This document shows positions 49,611-59,312 of a stretch of DNA of 64,000 nt, one piece after another. The stretch's first letter is position 1; each line of letters begins with the position of its first letter. The notes beneath the pieces are model-generated. The model did not search any database, had not been told where the DNA came from, and was given only the letters and a program-made list of their open reading frames with translations. Source of the stretch: an uncultured Cytophagales bacterium (GTDB taxonomy: Bacteria; Bacteroidota; Bacteroidia; Cytophagales; Cyclobacteriaceae); NCBI GenBank assembly GCA_942491425.1, contig CALOAV010000030.1, positions 50,934-114,933 of the forward strand. The letters are read 5' to 3'. A program made the position numbers and the translations under genes.

Positions 49611-52600
49611 CTACTCTGATATTTCTTCTACCGCTATAAGATTATCATCGGGTATACGATCGATCATTTTATTATAGGGATCTATGCCAGCCTTAACTGG
49701 TAATTTTTTCGTGGTAAACGTATACGTTGAATGACCTGGGCTTACCCATACGCGTTCCAAAACGATTGGAGACTTGATGGTCATCCCCTGCGAATTTTTT
49801 ACATCCGCATCAAAAATTCCAATTTCAAGTAAATTTGGCCGGCTACCCTCTTCCAGTAATTTTCCATTGCCATCGAAATAATTCTTTGCGCTTTCAACCT
49901 CGATGGTGACTTCGTACTGATCATCTGCCAACTTTTTATAGGACGCTTTGGATACCTTATTCGAATACAGTGTTATCTTTTCAAAGCTGTCCTCCAGATA
50001 ATACTTCAGCGAGTCAGGTGTTACTGATTTCATATAATCATACCATTCTATAGTAGTACTAAAGGGCGCTTTGGGTCTGAAACGTGCTGCTTCAGTATAT
50101 GCCTTAAACCCACTGTTTAAATTCGACTCTCCAATTAAATCCTGAAGACCATACAGTATCAACCCTCCTTTTCTATACCAAACATAGGCTTGATTATCAT
50201 TATCCAACAGCGTCTTTTCAAACTTACTTTCATTTGCTCTGCTTTGTAAGTATCTGTCTAATTCCTCTTTTAAGAATTTCTGCATGGCATCCACCCCATA
50301 CTCCTTTTTCATTACCATTAATGACGAATACTCCGCCATTGACTCCGAGATTTGATTTGCACCACGCGTTGCGGAAGGCGTAATCTGATGTCCCCACCAT
50401 TGATGAGCAACTTCATGCGCCGTTACCGTAAATACATAGTCCAAATCTTCAGGATCACTAAAGTCGCCAACCCAGCCAAAGCTCTCGGCAAACGGAACAG
50501 TATTAGGAAAAGACTGAGCAAATGTCGCATACCTGGGGAATTCCAAAATGCGCATTTGTCTGTACTGGTACGGACCGTAATTTTCAGAGAAGTAATCCAT
50601 TGATTTCTTAACCCCATTTACAAATCGATCTAAATTATAGGTATGGCTGGGGTGATGAAAAATTTCAATGTTTACTTTTTTACCATCATTTCCTGTCCAC
50701 ACTTCCCGGTGTACAGCATATTCTGCGGAAGAAATGTTGTAAAAGAAATCCAGTTCCCCTTCCATTTTATACGTGAAATATCTTCTGCCGTTTTCCTCCC
50801 ACTCCTTTACAAGATATCCGGGCATGATCGCAATCTGGTTTGGCGCCGTACTGACCGTACCTTCAAACGTAATGTAATCAGCATCATCGTTAAACAGCAG
50901 GTTATTCAAACCCCAGGGATCCGTTTGCTCGGGTAATTGATAGTCTTTGATCGGCAAATCGTATTTTTTTCGATCCTGATCGCTGGTCATTTCAGCTTGT
51001 GCGCTATATCCAAATGATGGGAAAAAGTTATTATTCAGAAATGTTCCATTATAGACAATGGTAGAACCGGTGCCCTCGTTGGGGAACCCCTTGTAAGAGG
51101 CTGAAACCTCCAAAGTCATTGTAATGGTGTCGCTGGGATTTAAGGGCGTATCAAATGCATATATTTCATAGCCGAAATCATCGTACCGTTTTCCCAATAC
51201 CGGTGCCTTTCCATTGATGGTAAATTCTTTGACTTCCTGCTTCAGTAACCCCTCAGCACCCCAATTTAAATGCAGTGAATCAATTACTTCATCCGTTTTA
51301 TTGACCATTATGTAGTCTACTCGGATAACGGCACTGCGTTCTTCAGGCACTAAGTCCGCAATCACTTTAACATCAATAATTTTTGGCTGAGCAATTTTAT
51401 CGTACTTACCTAAAGTCTTTTCGTAATTAGCGGACCCAATCTTACCGGCTTTTACCGTTCGGTAGTGATTGACCGTTTTCGTATTGTAGTGAATAAAGGC
51501 TCCTGAACCAATAAATACTACAAAAAGAAGGATCGTCACACCAATGGTTTTTACATTCAATCGTTCCTTAACCAATTGCCATCTTGCCTTGAAACCCGTA
51601 TCGGTACCCCGCTTCCAGAATAAATAACCGATAACGGTTAACACCCCGCCACAGGCCAGCCAGTAGGTTCTAAACCATGCCAGTGCTTCGCCAAAATGCC
51701 CGAACCCATTCATGTCTGAAACAGTATACCCGGGCGCATAGCTATAGAGGTATAGATTATTATTGATATCACCCAGGCTGTTGAGGCCAAAAAGCAATAC
51801 CCATATGGCGATAGCAATAACATGACCCATAAATTTTTTTGTCACCATTGAATGCACAAAAAAGGCAAGCATAATAAAGATGATGTACTTTGGAAACTCA
51901 ATGAAATATAAATCAGTGAAGTACTTATCAAATTCAAAATTAAAATAACCCTTTATTACCTGATTGATAACCCCACTAACCAAAATCATATTTACCAAAA
52001 TAAAACTCACCATCGTCAACGCCAGAAATTTTGAACCATAGACAATGCGATTGGGTATTGGCAACGATCCGAAAATTTGATCATAGTTCACATTACGTTC
52101 CCGGTGCAAAACTTCACCGGTCATAAATACAATCAGAATAAAAATTAAAATGATATAGGTAAAGTCCTTTACCTCAAGCATATAATAGGTAAGCGGCAAG
52201 GATGGAGTTCCATATATAGGAAAGCCAAACCAGGCATCAAAAAACAAAAACAATACTGCAGCAATAAGAATGGCTTTAAAGAAGTTATCACTGATAATAT
52301 TCTTAAACTCCATGATCGCTAAACCAAACAACAATTTAAATTGAAGTGATCCTGAAAATACTTTTGAAACACCGGGGATTTTGATATGAGCCGCAGATTC
52401 TTTCGGTATATCCTCGTTGTCCCTTTTCTTTTTTGAATTGTAATTCTTATTTAAGAATTTCTGAAAATCGAACCGAAAAAGTGTAAAGAAAAAAGCTGAC
52501 AACCCCAGCCCCACCCAAATGAGACGATTCCAAATCAACAAACCACTAAAAGGCACCGTCATCGTATTTTGTTCCTCTGGTGTCCAATACCGAATAACGT

Positions 52601-53255
52601 TGCTATACGCTCCCAGTCCAAAGGGATCAAGCAAACTCACCAGGTCTTTATTTTCAATGTCCTGTGTAAGTGTTAAGGTAATGAGGTAGGTTATAAAAAG
52701 AATAGCTCCGCCTGCATAGGCCAACATTACTTTTTTTGTTAAGCTTACCAGGGCGAAGAAAATACAACCCGCAAAGAAATAATTAGTCCAGTAAAGGGTA
52801 AGTGTTGGTTGAGCATAATACCAAAAATTAAAGTCTGTAAATCGCTCAGCTTCTTCATATCCTGCAAACGGCCCAATTATAAACCCGACAATCAGACCTA
52901 CATGCAATCCAAGACTTACTAAAAAAAGAACAGCCATGGAACCAAAAAAACGACCCATCAAATACCCTTTTTCGCTGATTGGATAAGAGAAGTAATAGTT
53001 CTCGGTTTGATGCTCAATGTCGCGATATACAGGTACTCCCATGATCGCACTGGAAAGCATGATTCCAAATATGCTAATGGTCACCAGCATGGTTGCAATT
53101 GCTACCGGTGAATTGACGAATACCTTCTCTGACGCAGGGCCATTGCCACCAATGGCCACAATGAGACCGAAAATCAGCAGAATGCCAAAATATGCCCAGG
53201 TTGCAGGCCGATTCAGTCGGTACTTAATTTCAAATAAAAATATTTCTTTAAACAT
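49611..53255 (-). CDS. Fusion protein: ABC-2-type transporter permease (multi-TM N-terminal half) plus M1-family zinc aminopeptidase domain
   Basis: 1214 aa; about 12 TM helices in the first about 550 aa; C-terminal HEVAHQWWG (HEXXH) plus downstream Glu, gluzincin M1 style; follows an ABC ATPase gene in the same orientation. Confidence 0.85.
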   Translation of the reverse strand: MFKEIFLFEIKYRLNRPATWAYFGILLIFGLIVAIGGNGPASEKVFVNSPVAIATMLVTISIFGIMLSSAIMGVPVYRDIEHQTENYYFSYPISEKGYLMGRFFGSMAVLFLVSLGLHVGLIVGFIIGPFAGYEEAERFTDFNFWYYAQPTLTLYWTNYFFAGCIFFALVSLTKKVMLAYAGGAILFITYLITLTLTQDIENKDLVSLLDPFGLGAYSNVIRYWTPEEQNTMTVPFSGLLIWNRLIWVGLGLSAFFFTLFRFDFQKFLNKNYNSKKKRDNEDIPKESAAHIKIPGVSKVFSGSLQFKLLFGLAIMEFKNIISDNFFKAILIAAVLFLFFDAWFGFPIYGTPSLPLTYYMLEVKDFTYIILIFILIVFMTGEVLHRERNVNYDQIFGSLPIPNRIVYGSKFLALTMVSFILVNMILVSGVINQVIKGYFNFEFDKYFTDLYFIEFPKYIIFIMLAFFVHSMVTKKFMGHVIAIAIWVLLFGLNSLGDINNNLYLYSYAPGYTVSDMNGFGHFGEALAWFRTYWLACGGVLTVIGYLFWKRGTDTGFKARWQLVKERLNVKTIGVTILLFVVFIGSGAFIHYNTKTVNHYRTVKAGKIGSANYEKTLGKYDKIAQPKIIDVKVIADLVPEERSAVIRVDYIMVNKTDEVIDSLHLNWGAEGLLKQEVKEFTINGKAPVLGKRYDDFGYEIYAFDTPLNPSDTITMTLEVSASYKGFPNEGTGSTIVYNGTFLNNNFFPSFGYSAQAEMTSDQDRKKYDLPIKDYQLPEQTDPWGLNNLLFNDDADYITFEGTVSTAPNQIAIMPGYLVKEWEENGRRYFTYKMEGELDFFYNISSAEYAVHREVWTGNDGKKVNIEIFHHPSHTYNLDRFVNGVKKSMDYFSENYGPYQYRQMRILEFPRYATFAQSFPNTVPFAESFGWVGDFSDPEDLDYVFTVTAHEVAHQWWGHQITPSATRGANQISESMAEYSSLMVMKKEYGVDAMQKFLKEELDRYLQSRANESKFEKTLLDNDNQAYVWYRKGGLILYGLQDLIGESNLNSGFKAYTEAARFRPKAPFSTTIEWYDYMKSVTPDSLKYYLEDSFEKITLYSNKVSKASYKKLADDQYEVTIEVESAKNYFDGNGKLLEEGSRPNLLEIGIFDADVKNSQGMTIKSPIVLERVWVSPGHSTYTFTTKKLPVKAGIDPYNKMIDRIPDDNLIAVEEISE

Positions 53256-53287
53256 AATTGAATGAGTTTGTTAATTGGATTTGACAA

Positions 53288-54223
53288 TTATGCAGAAGCA
53301 GTTTCCATCCGGGATGTAATTTCAGCAAAATACACATCCTCTAAATTCGAGTCACTTGCTTCAAAAGATGCATCCGGTTGTTGATCACTCAATACATGAA
53401 TAACTGTCTGTCCGGCTTTCAGATGGGTTGAGATTACCTGCATTTCGGCCTGGTATTTTTCAAGATCTGCTTTTTCAATTGGCTTCTTCCAGATACGTCC
53501 TTTTACTGCATCCATTAAAATATTGGGATTGCCTTTAACCACAACTTCTCCAAGACAAATGATCGCCATATTATGACAAAGGTTAGAGATGTCTTCAACA
53601 ATATGCGTCGATAAAATAACGATGGTTTGCTCTCCGATCTCACTTAATAAATTATGAAACCGAACACGCTCAGCCGGATCAAGTCCTGCTGTAGGCTCAT
53701 CAACTATAATTAATCTGGGGTCTCCTATCAGGGCTTGCGCGATGCCAAAACGTTGCTTCATACCCCCTGAATACGTGCCGAGATTTTTATTTCGAAATTG
53801 CCAGAGATTGGTTTTGGTCAATAATGACTCAACCAGATCTTTGCGTTCACCTTTATTGGAAACACCCTTCAACGCGGCAATATGATCCAGCATCTTATAC
53901 GCACTTACTTTTGGATACACCCCAAACTCCTGGGGGAGATACCCCAGAATCTCACGCACTTTTTCTTTTTCATTCAACACATCGATATCGCCAAGTTTCA
54001 CCGAACCAGAATCAGCTTGTTGTAACGTTGCTAACGTCCGCATTAACGATGATTTTCCTGCACCATTGGGTCCCAGTAAACCAAACATTCCCTGCGGTAT
54101 GGTAAGTGTAACATCTTTCAGGGCCTGCACCCCATTGGGATAGGTCTTGCTTAAATTATTGATTTCTAATTCCATAGTTGTGGGTTGATATTCGTAATAT
54201 TTATAGTATGCAGAAACTTCCAA
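53288..54223 (-). CDS. ABC transporter ATP-binding protein
   Basis: Walker A GPNGAGKSSLMR; signature LSGGMKQR; Walker B IIVDEP. Confidence 0.9.
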   Translation of the reverse strand: MEVSAYYKYYEYQPTTMELEINNLSKTYPNGVQALKDVTLTIPQGMFGLLGPNGAGKSSLMRTLATLQQADSGSVKLGDIDVLNEKEKVREILGYLPQEFGVYPKVSAYKMLDHIAALKGVSNKGERKDLVESLLTKTNLWQFRNKNLGTYSGGMKQRFGIAQALIGDPRLIIVDEPTAGLDPAERVRFHNLLSEIGEQTIVILSTHIVEDISNLCHNMAIICLGEVVVKGNPNILMDAVKGRIWKKPIEKADLEKYQAEMQVISTHLKAGQTVIHVLSDQQPDASFEASDSNLEDVYFAEITSRMETASA

Positions 54224-54489
54224 GCTTTAAGGACATTCGATTTCCTCGTAAGTAGCCTGAACGTTGGCTTTGTGATCCTTTAAGATAATCGATTTTTTTG
54301 TGAAAACTAAAGTAGATTCCTGAAGATTCCCCAGTAAGGAAGTTTATCCACTTATTTCTACTGTAATCTACACCAATGAAAGTGTCTTACTTTCACTACG
54401 TGCTGAACATCCAGAGCATATATGATCAGTAGCCCGTGAATACCACTACGATGAGCGCTCATCACTTCTATTTTATTACCAATCGGGCA

Positions 54490-55764
54490 TTAATGTGCTG
54501 GTAAAATCTTTCCGCTGCATTCTCCAAATCCAATCCGCACACCCTCTTTCTCGGCAAAACCATGCATGATAATGGTGTCGCCATCTTCAATAAAAGTGCG
54601 TTCAGAACCATCCTCCAGGTGCATTTTCTTCTTACCGTTCCAGGAGAGCTCCAACATCGATCCATAGGATCCTGGCGAAGGTCCGCTGATTGTTCCCGAT
54701 GCATACAGATCACCTACCTGAATGTTGCAGCCATTTATCGTGTGGTGAGCCAACTGCTGGGCTATGTTCCAATACATATATTTGAAATTGGTACGCGTCA
54801 AAACAGATACATCCCCATCGCCGGGTTGTAACGAAGCTTCCAGCATAATATCAAAATTGCGATCTCCTTCAAAAGCAAGATACGGTAGAACGTGTGGAAA
54901 CTGATCAGGTCCTTTACAACGAAAAGGCTCCAGCGCATCGAGGGTTACCACCCAGGGTGAAATCGAGGAGCCAAAATTCTTTCCAAGGAACGGACCCAGT
55001 GGAACATACTCCCAAGCCTGAATATCGCGGGCCGACCAGTCATTAAACAATACAAGACCAATAATCTTATTTTCTGCATCCGCAGTGGAAATGTGTGTTC
55101 CGAGTGGGGTTGCTTCACAGGTGATAAAGGCGACTTCGAGTTCAAAGTCCATTTTTTTTGACGGACAAAATGCGGGCATATCGTTATCCGGTAATTTGAT
55201 TTGCCCCTTCGGGCGGTGAATAGGTGTTCCGGAAACCACAATCGATGAAGCACGTCCATGATACCCTACCGGTAAATGCTTCCAGTTGGGCAATAGTGCA
55301 TTGCTCGGATCTCTGAACATGGACCCCACATTGTGGGCATGCTCTTCGCTGCTATAAAAATCAGTGTAGTTGGGTACGCGTACCGGCATCAACATCTCTA
55401 CTTCTTCCATGTTGATCAGCGCAATTTCTCGTGCTTCTTTATTGTCTTTCAATTCTGCGTAGTCACTTCGCAACAATTCCGAGATCCGTTCGCGTACATC
55501 CCCCACTTTCTTTCTGCCCAGGGCAAAAAAATCATTCAATGACGATTGATTAAATATCCCGATGGGAAGTTCTAATCCAAAAAGAAACCCATGCTCATGC
55601 AGATAAACCAGATCCAATACATAATTTCCGATCGCTACTCCTGCACCCGGTGGCAAATATTCGGTTCTAAAAATGCCAAAAGGCAAATTCTGGATTGGGA
55701 AGTCTGAATTTTTCGGGACTTCAACCCAACTGGTTAAGCCGGGAGTATTGGCCTTGCGTTCCAT
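54490..55764 (-). CDS. fahA: Fumarylacetoacetase (tyrosine/homogentisate catabolism)
   Basis: 424 aa; N-terminal SWVEVPKNSDFPIQNLPFGIF typical of FAH; FAH-fold C-terminal domain. Confidence 0.9.
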   Translation of the reverse strand: MERKANTPGLTSWVEVPKNSDFPIQNLPFGIFRTEYLPPGAGVAIGNYVLDLVYLHEHGFLFGLELPIGIFNQSSLNDFFALGRKKVGDVRERISELLRSDYAELKDNKEAREIALINMEEVEMLMPVRVPNYTDFYSSEEHAHNVGSMFRDPSNALLPNWKHLPVGYHGRASSIVVSGTPIHRPKGQIKLPDNDMPAFCPSKKMDFELEVAFITCEATPLGTHISTADAENKIIGLVLFNDWSARDIQAWEYVPLGPFLGKNFGSSISPWVVTLDALEPFRCKGPDQFPHVLPYLAFEGDRNFDIMLEASLQPGDGDVSVLTRTNFKYMYWNIAQQLAHHTINGCNIQVGDLYASGTISGPSPGSYGSMLELSWNGKKKMHLEDGSERTFIEDGDTIIMHGFAEKEGVRIGFGECSGKILPAH

Positions 55765-55937
55765 AATTGAAGAGTTTGGTCTTCTTAATCAACTGAGCTT
55801 ATGTCTTAAAATTTTCACCACAAGAAGCATTGAAATAGTTAAAAATTAGTGGCCATACAACTCCGTTATCAATTAGTAAACCTAATTTTTTATGTTCAGG
55901 TGGGCAAGCTGAATGGAAAGTTTAACTTCGTTTATTC

Positions 55938-57302
55938 ATGGAAAATCAAGAAAAATTCGCACCCGCATTTACTAATCGAATAAAAACCCAGCTGGGTAAT
56001 GAATTTTCCGATTTTATGCAAAGCCTGTCGGAAGAGGCACCAACCAGTATTCGCATCAATGAACGGAAATCTTCTCCAAGGCTTGGCGAGCCGATCCCCT
56101 GGTGTACTTCGGGGCGGTATCTGAAAAACCGACCTTCTTTCACACTTGATCCAACGTTTCACGGCGGTGCCTATTATGTTCAGGAAGCCAGCTCCATGTT
56201 TTTAGAGCGTGTATTGAGTGGGTTGGTGGATACCTCAAAACCACTGCGGGTGTTGGATGCATGTGCTGCCCCTGGAGGAAAGTCAACGCATTTATTGTCC
56301 CTCATCACGGAAAATTCACTGCTGGTATCCAATGAAGTAATCCGTAGCAGGGCGTCCATACTTTCCGAAAATATTCAAAAATGGGGGTATCCAAATGTGG
56401 TTGTCACGAATAATGATCCGGCTGATTTTAAATCGTTGTCGGGTTTCTTCGATGTGATTATTGTGGATGCACCCTGCTCGGGTGAAGGTCTTTTTAGAAA
56501 AGATCCTGCAGCGGCAGCGGAGTGGTCAGAAAAGAATGTTGAACTCTGCTCCCTGCGTCAGCGGAGGATCGTGGCTGATTTGTGGCCCTCATTAAAAGAA
56601 GACGGCATATTAATCTATAGTACGTGTACCTATAATTCGATGGAGAATGAGGATAATCTGGACTGGATTTCAAAAACTCTACAGGCCGTACCAGAAAAAA
56701 TTGAGATCAATCCACACTGGAACATAAAAGAAGTACACAAAAACAACCTTAGTGGATACCAGTTTTTTCCTCACCGGACAAAAGGCGAAGGCTTTTTTAT
56801 TGGTGCTCTCCGTAAAAAAGAAGTAACAACAGGAACTAAATTAAGAATAAAAAAAAATGATGTAACCCTGCTGGCCGAAAAGCACATTGAGTTCATTCAT
56901 AATTGGATTATTCATCCATCCACCTTTTCATTTTTTCAATGGAAGGATTTGGTTTACATGGTACCACAGGATCTGCAAAATGAAATGGAATTTTTACGAA
57001 CCTCTTTAAACATTATGCACATGGGGACTCCCGTAGCTACCCGCAAGCACTCCAAATTTATTCCTGAACAAGCCCTTGCACTCTCTACAAAAATTGCTAA
57101 AAATAATTTTCCGCAAATAGATTTAGAATTGAATGATGCATTGAAATATCTACGAAAAGACACGCTGGATATTCAGGGAAATAACAAAGGGCACGCACTC
57201 ATCAGTTTTGAGGATATTTCGCTTGGCTGGATTAATTTGTTGGAAAATCGAAGCAACAATATGTATCCCACTGCATGGAGAATCCGCATGCACATTCCGT
57301 AG
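55938..57302 (+). CDS. rsmF: RsmB/RsmF-family (NOL1/NOP2/Sun) rRNA cytosine-C5 methyltransferase
   Basis: SAM motif VLDACAAPGGKSTHL; catalytic IVDAPCSGEG and TCT; C-terminal RsmF-like extension. Confidence 0.8.
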   Translation: MENQEKFAPAFTNRIKTQLGNEFSDFMQSLSEEAPTSIRINERKSSPRLGEPIPWCTSGRYLKNRPSFTLDPTFHGGAYYVQEASSMFLERVLSGLVDTSKPLRVLDACAAPGGKSTHLLSLITENSLLVSNEVIRSRASILSENIQKWGYPNVVVTNNDPADFKSLSGFFDVIIVDAPCSGEGLFRKDPAAAAEWSEKNVELCSLRQRRIVADLWPSLKEDGILIYSTCTYNSMENEDNLDWISKTLQAVPEKIEINPHWNIKEVHKNNLSGYQFFPHRTKGEGFFIGALRKKEVTTGTKLRIKKNDVTLLAEKHIEFIHNWIIHPSTFSFFQWKDLVYMVPQDLQNEMEFLRTSLNIMHMGTPVATRKHSKFIPEQALALSTKIAKNNFPQIDLELNDALKYLRKDTLDIQGNNKGHALISFEDISLGWINLLENRSNNMYPTAWRIRMHIP

Positions 57303-57380
57303 AGATGGATCATGATCCGGAGTTGGATAGTCATCCGTCTCTACAATTTGTTTATTTTTGATTTTTACCCACCAATCATC

Positions 57381-58676
57381 ATGAAAAAATTTATCACATC
57401 ATTTTTCTTTTGTGCAATAGCTATTGCTGCGTTCGGTCAGGATGAAGTAAAATCTTCGGTTGAAGCTGCCTATCAAAAAGAAATCGAAAAGCTGGTTAAA
57501 AATAAAAAAGTCGAACGAGCCTTTGAAACCATCGACGCACTGGAGCCGGTTTCATTAAAGGAATTGGTTGAATTAACACAAATCCCCGCTCCTCCATTTA
57601 TGGAAGAGAAACGTGCAGCACGCTTTAAGCAAATGCTTGAAGAAGCCGGTGCGGACAAGGTCTGGATCGATGAGGTCGGGAATGTACTGGCCCTTCGGAA
57701 AGGAAAAGGAATTGGTAAAACCATAGCACTGGATGCACATCTGGACACGGTCTTTCCGGAGGAAACTGATGTTACGGTAAAGATGAAAGGCGACACGATG
57801 TTTGCCCCTGGCATTGGTGATGACACCCGCGGATTGGTGATGGTGCTCACCGCTTTGCGCGCGATGAACAAGGCGGAAATTAAAACCACTGCTGATGTTT
57901 TATTCATTGGAACGGTTGGTGAGGAAGGACTTGGTGATTTACGGGGTGTAAAACATCTTTTTAAAAAAAATGAACCCAAAATTGATTCCTGGATAGCCAT
58001 TGATGGAGGCGATATCGGGAGGGTCAACAACAAGGCATTGGGATCGTACCGGTATAAAATTACTTTTCACGGACCGGGTGGACATTCCTGGGGAGCTTTT
58101 GGTTTAGCGAATCCTCATCATGCAGCTGGAAAAGCAGTTGCTTATTTTGATGAAGCCGCCGCTGCATACACATCAACGGGGCCTAAGACTAGCTATAACA
58201 TTGGACGCATCGGCGGTGGCACGTCCATTAATTCCATTCCATTTGAATCCTGGATGGAAGTAGATATGCGTTCGGTTAGTCCGGAGCGGTTGAAGGAAAT
58301 TGAGAAGATTTTAATTGCGCAAATGAATCGTGCATTGGAGGATTACAATAAGACAGTCAGAAGAGGCCCGAAGCTTACTATTGAAATTGAAAAGATTGGT
58401 GATCGTCCATCCGGGGAACTTTCAGCCACATTACCATTAGTACAGCGCTCCATGGCAGCAACTGTCTATTTTAAGGCAGACCCCTATCTTACCCGCGGTT
58501 CAACAGATTCGAATATCCCAATCTCGATGGGGATACCTGCCGTAACCCTTGGCCGGGGTGGTAAAGGGGGTGGTGCACACTCGCTTGGTGAATGGTGGAT
58601 GAATGATACCAGTGGTGCCGAGTCCATCAAACTTGCCTTGTTGATTTTATTGGCGGAAGCGGGAGTGGAGAAATAA
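57381..58676 (+). CDS. M20/M28-family metallopeptidase (secreted)
   Basis: Signal peptide; metal-binding motifs GIGDD, TVGEEG; dimerisation domain. Confidence 0.8.
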   Translation: MKKFITSFFFCAIAIAAFGQDEVKSSVEAAYQKEIEKLVKNKKVERAFETIDALEPVSLKELVELTQIPAPPFMEEKRAARFKQMLEEAGADKVWIDEVGNVLALRKGKGIGKTIALDAHLDTVFPEETDVTVKMKGDTMFAPGIGDDTRGLVMVLTALRAMNKAEIKTTADVLFIGTVGEEGLGDLRGVKHLFKKNEPKIDSWIAIDGGDIGRVNNKALGSYRYKITFHGPGGHSWGAFGLANPHHAAGKAVAYFDEAAAAYTSTGPKTSYNIGRIGGGTSINSIPFESWMEVDMRSVSPERLKEIEKILIAQMNRALEDYNKTVRRGPKLTIEIEKIGDRPSGELSATLPLVQRSMAATVYFKADPYLTRGSTDSNIPISMGIPAVTLGRGGKGGGAHSLGEWWMNDTSGAESIKLALLILLAEAGVEK

Positions 58677-59195
58677 GTTCTGAGTATCAAATCTTTGTTG
58701 TCCCTTCCTGCGCGGAGCTATGCTAAACGAAGCGTTTCAATTAGTGTAGCTTCGGCATAGCAGACGGGGAAATATATGTTGAAGCCCGCACCATCACTCT
58801 GCATTACGCGGCTATTAAGTGGGAAGCTTTTATCAAACGTGTAGTCCGCGTTAAAATCCTTCTACATTAATAACCCCGGATTGCATCCAGGGCTACAACA
58901 TTGAATCCCTACGGGATTCCATTTTCAACCTGCCTAAGTGTACTTTTTAGCGGTGCAAAAAGAACAAATAAAGATCCTTATGCAGGATTGAAAGAGATGA
59001 CCCTGCTTTTGGAAAACACCTCAAAAGGATGATTCCTGTTCAGATTCAAATAATTTCTATTCTCAAAAAGTTTAACCGCCTGCCTTCGCCGAAGCGGCTA
59101 CGCGTAGGCAGGGACAACAGTGGTTGCAAACTCAGGACAGCGGCAGACAGAAAAAAGTGTACGTATAAATATTTTCAAAATTATACGTATAAACA

Positions 59196-59227
59196 TGCGC
59201 ATAAATATTTTAAGATTTATGCGCATT
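59196..59227. repeat. Perfect 12-bp inverted repeat ATGCGCATAAAT-n8-ATTTATGCGCAT within an AT-rich non-coding gap
   Basis: Read directly; nearby direct repeats ggttgcaaactcaggacagcg at 59121 and 59277. Confidence 0.8.
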
Positions 59228-59312
59228 GAAACTTTGGCATTATCCATCTGTCATCCGCACGATTGGATAAAGAATGGTTGCAAACTCAGGACAGCGATTC
59301 AAATTCATTTGA

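Noticed and set aside
54224-54489. Single TTATCCAC DnaA-box-like sequence in the fahA/ABC intergenic region
   Set aside because: It is an isolated 8/9 match with no clustering. It is likely chance.
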